Under the pieces are notes generated by a model. It worked only from the letters and a program-made list of their open reading frames with translations, was not told the DNA's origin and did no database searches. A program made the position numbers and the translations under genes. 46,449 nucleotides of DNA from assembly GCA_025963875.1 (NCBI GenBank), contig JAOPZY010000109.1, positions 1 to 46,449 on the forward strand, given 5' to 3'. Shown here piece by piece: positions 45,889-46,449 of this stretch. This DNA comes from Actinomycetota bacterium. Its GTDB lineage: Bacteria > Actinomycetota > CADDZG01 > JAHWKV01 > JAOPZY01. Each line of letters opens with the position of its first letter. Positions within the stretch are counted from its first letter, which is position 1.

Positions 45889-46449
45889 ATGGCGGAACAG
45901 AGCGGGTTGGCCAAGACCCTGGTGGAGCTGGCGGACACGCTAGTGGCGGACTTTGATGTTGTCGACTTTCTCCATACCCTGGCCTTGCGCAGCACGGAAC
46001 TCCTGCACGCCGCGGAGGCGGGCCTGATGCTCGCCGATCAACGCGGGGGGTTGCGCGTCGTTGCCTCCTCGAGCGAGCGGGCCCGGCTCCTGGAGCTCTT
46101 CGAGGTCCAGAACGAGCAGGGCCCGTGCCTTGACTGCTTCCGGAGTGGCGGCCGGGTCGTCGCCGAGGACCTCGAGGCCGATCCCGCACGCTGGCCCCTG
46201 TTCACACCGGAGGCGATGACTGCTGGATTCCGATCGGTTCACGCGCTGGCCTTGCGCTGCCAGAACCAGGTGATCGGGGCGCTCAATATTTTTCGTACCG
46301 TCACGGGCGCCCTTGACGAGGCGGATCTGGTCGCCGCGCAGGCCATGGCGGATGTGGCCACCATCGGCATCCTCCAGCAGCGCGCCGTGCAGGAGGCCAG
46401 AGTGCTCGCCGAGCAGCTGCAGTCGGCGCTCAACAGCCGGGTGGTCATC
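45889..46449 (+). CDS. GAF-ANTAR protein, paralog of 44074 (3' truncated; not in ORF track)
   Basis: RBS AAGGAGGAG; MAEQSGLAKTLVELADTLVADFDVVDFLH...QGPCLDC...LNSRVVI, open to window end. Confidence 0.92.
   Translation, partial: MAEQSGLAKTLVELADTLVADFDVVDFLHTLALRSTELLHAAEAGLMLADQRGGLRVVASSSERARLLELFEVQNEQGPCLDCFRSGGRVVAEDLEADPARWPLFTPEAMTAGFRSVHALALRCQNQVIGALNIFRTVTGALDEADLVAAQAMADVATIGILQQRAVQEARVLAEQLQSALNSRVVI

Noticed and set aside
1..46449. CRISPR array, tRNA/rRNA, IS element, integrase or prophage
   Set aside because: No regularly spaced repeats, cloverleaf, transposase, recombinase or phage structural motifs seen by eye.

Overview
High-GC, Actinomycetota-like chromosomal segment with about 50 CDS. 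I saw no rRNA, tRNA, CRISPR array, transposase or integrase. From left to right: (1) partial esterase, HAD phosphatase, a glutaredoxin-thioredoxin-reductase fusion, unannotated micro-ORFs, a DUF2510-CPBP protease, YihY and mobA-fdhD. (2) A regulator trio (LuxR, MEDS, GAF-PucR) next to a stress island: hsp20, PP2C, DUF2905, a GGQ-less aeRF1-like (baeRF/Balon-like) protein, a second hsp20, then dnaK-grpE-dnaJ-cbpM-clpB-hdeD-trxC with no hspR. (3) An AbiEi/DUF559-like gene with a palindrome over its promoter. (4) A Zur-type Zn ABC operon followed by a large secreted alkaline-phosphatase-superfamily protein; nearby are a frameshifted SRPBCC gene, a Cys-rich mini-protein and a Cys-free DksA/TraR. 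(5) Acyl-CoA dehydrogenase, AlkB, OatA-like acyltransferase plus a stand-alone SGNH protein, a tandem Ig-like protein and PAS-GGDEF-EAL. (6) A small TM protein, two PRC-barrel genes and three GAF-ANTAR genes. Best candidate for a new system: a proteostasis plus ribosome-protection island in which hsp20 and the release-factor-like gene share an upstream box at nearly the same distance from a -10 element, possibly driven by the adjacent MEDS/PucR/LuxR cascade. All family calls come from recognising motifs by eye; no database searches were run.
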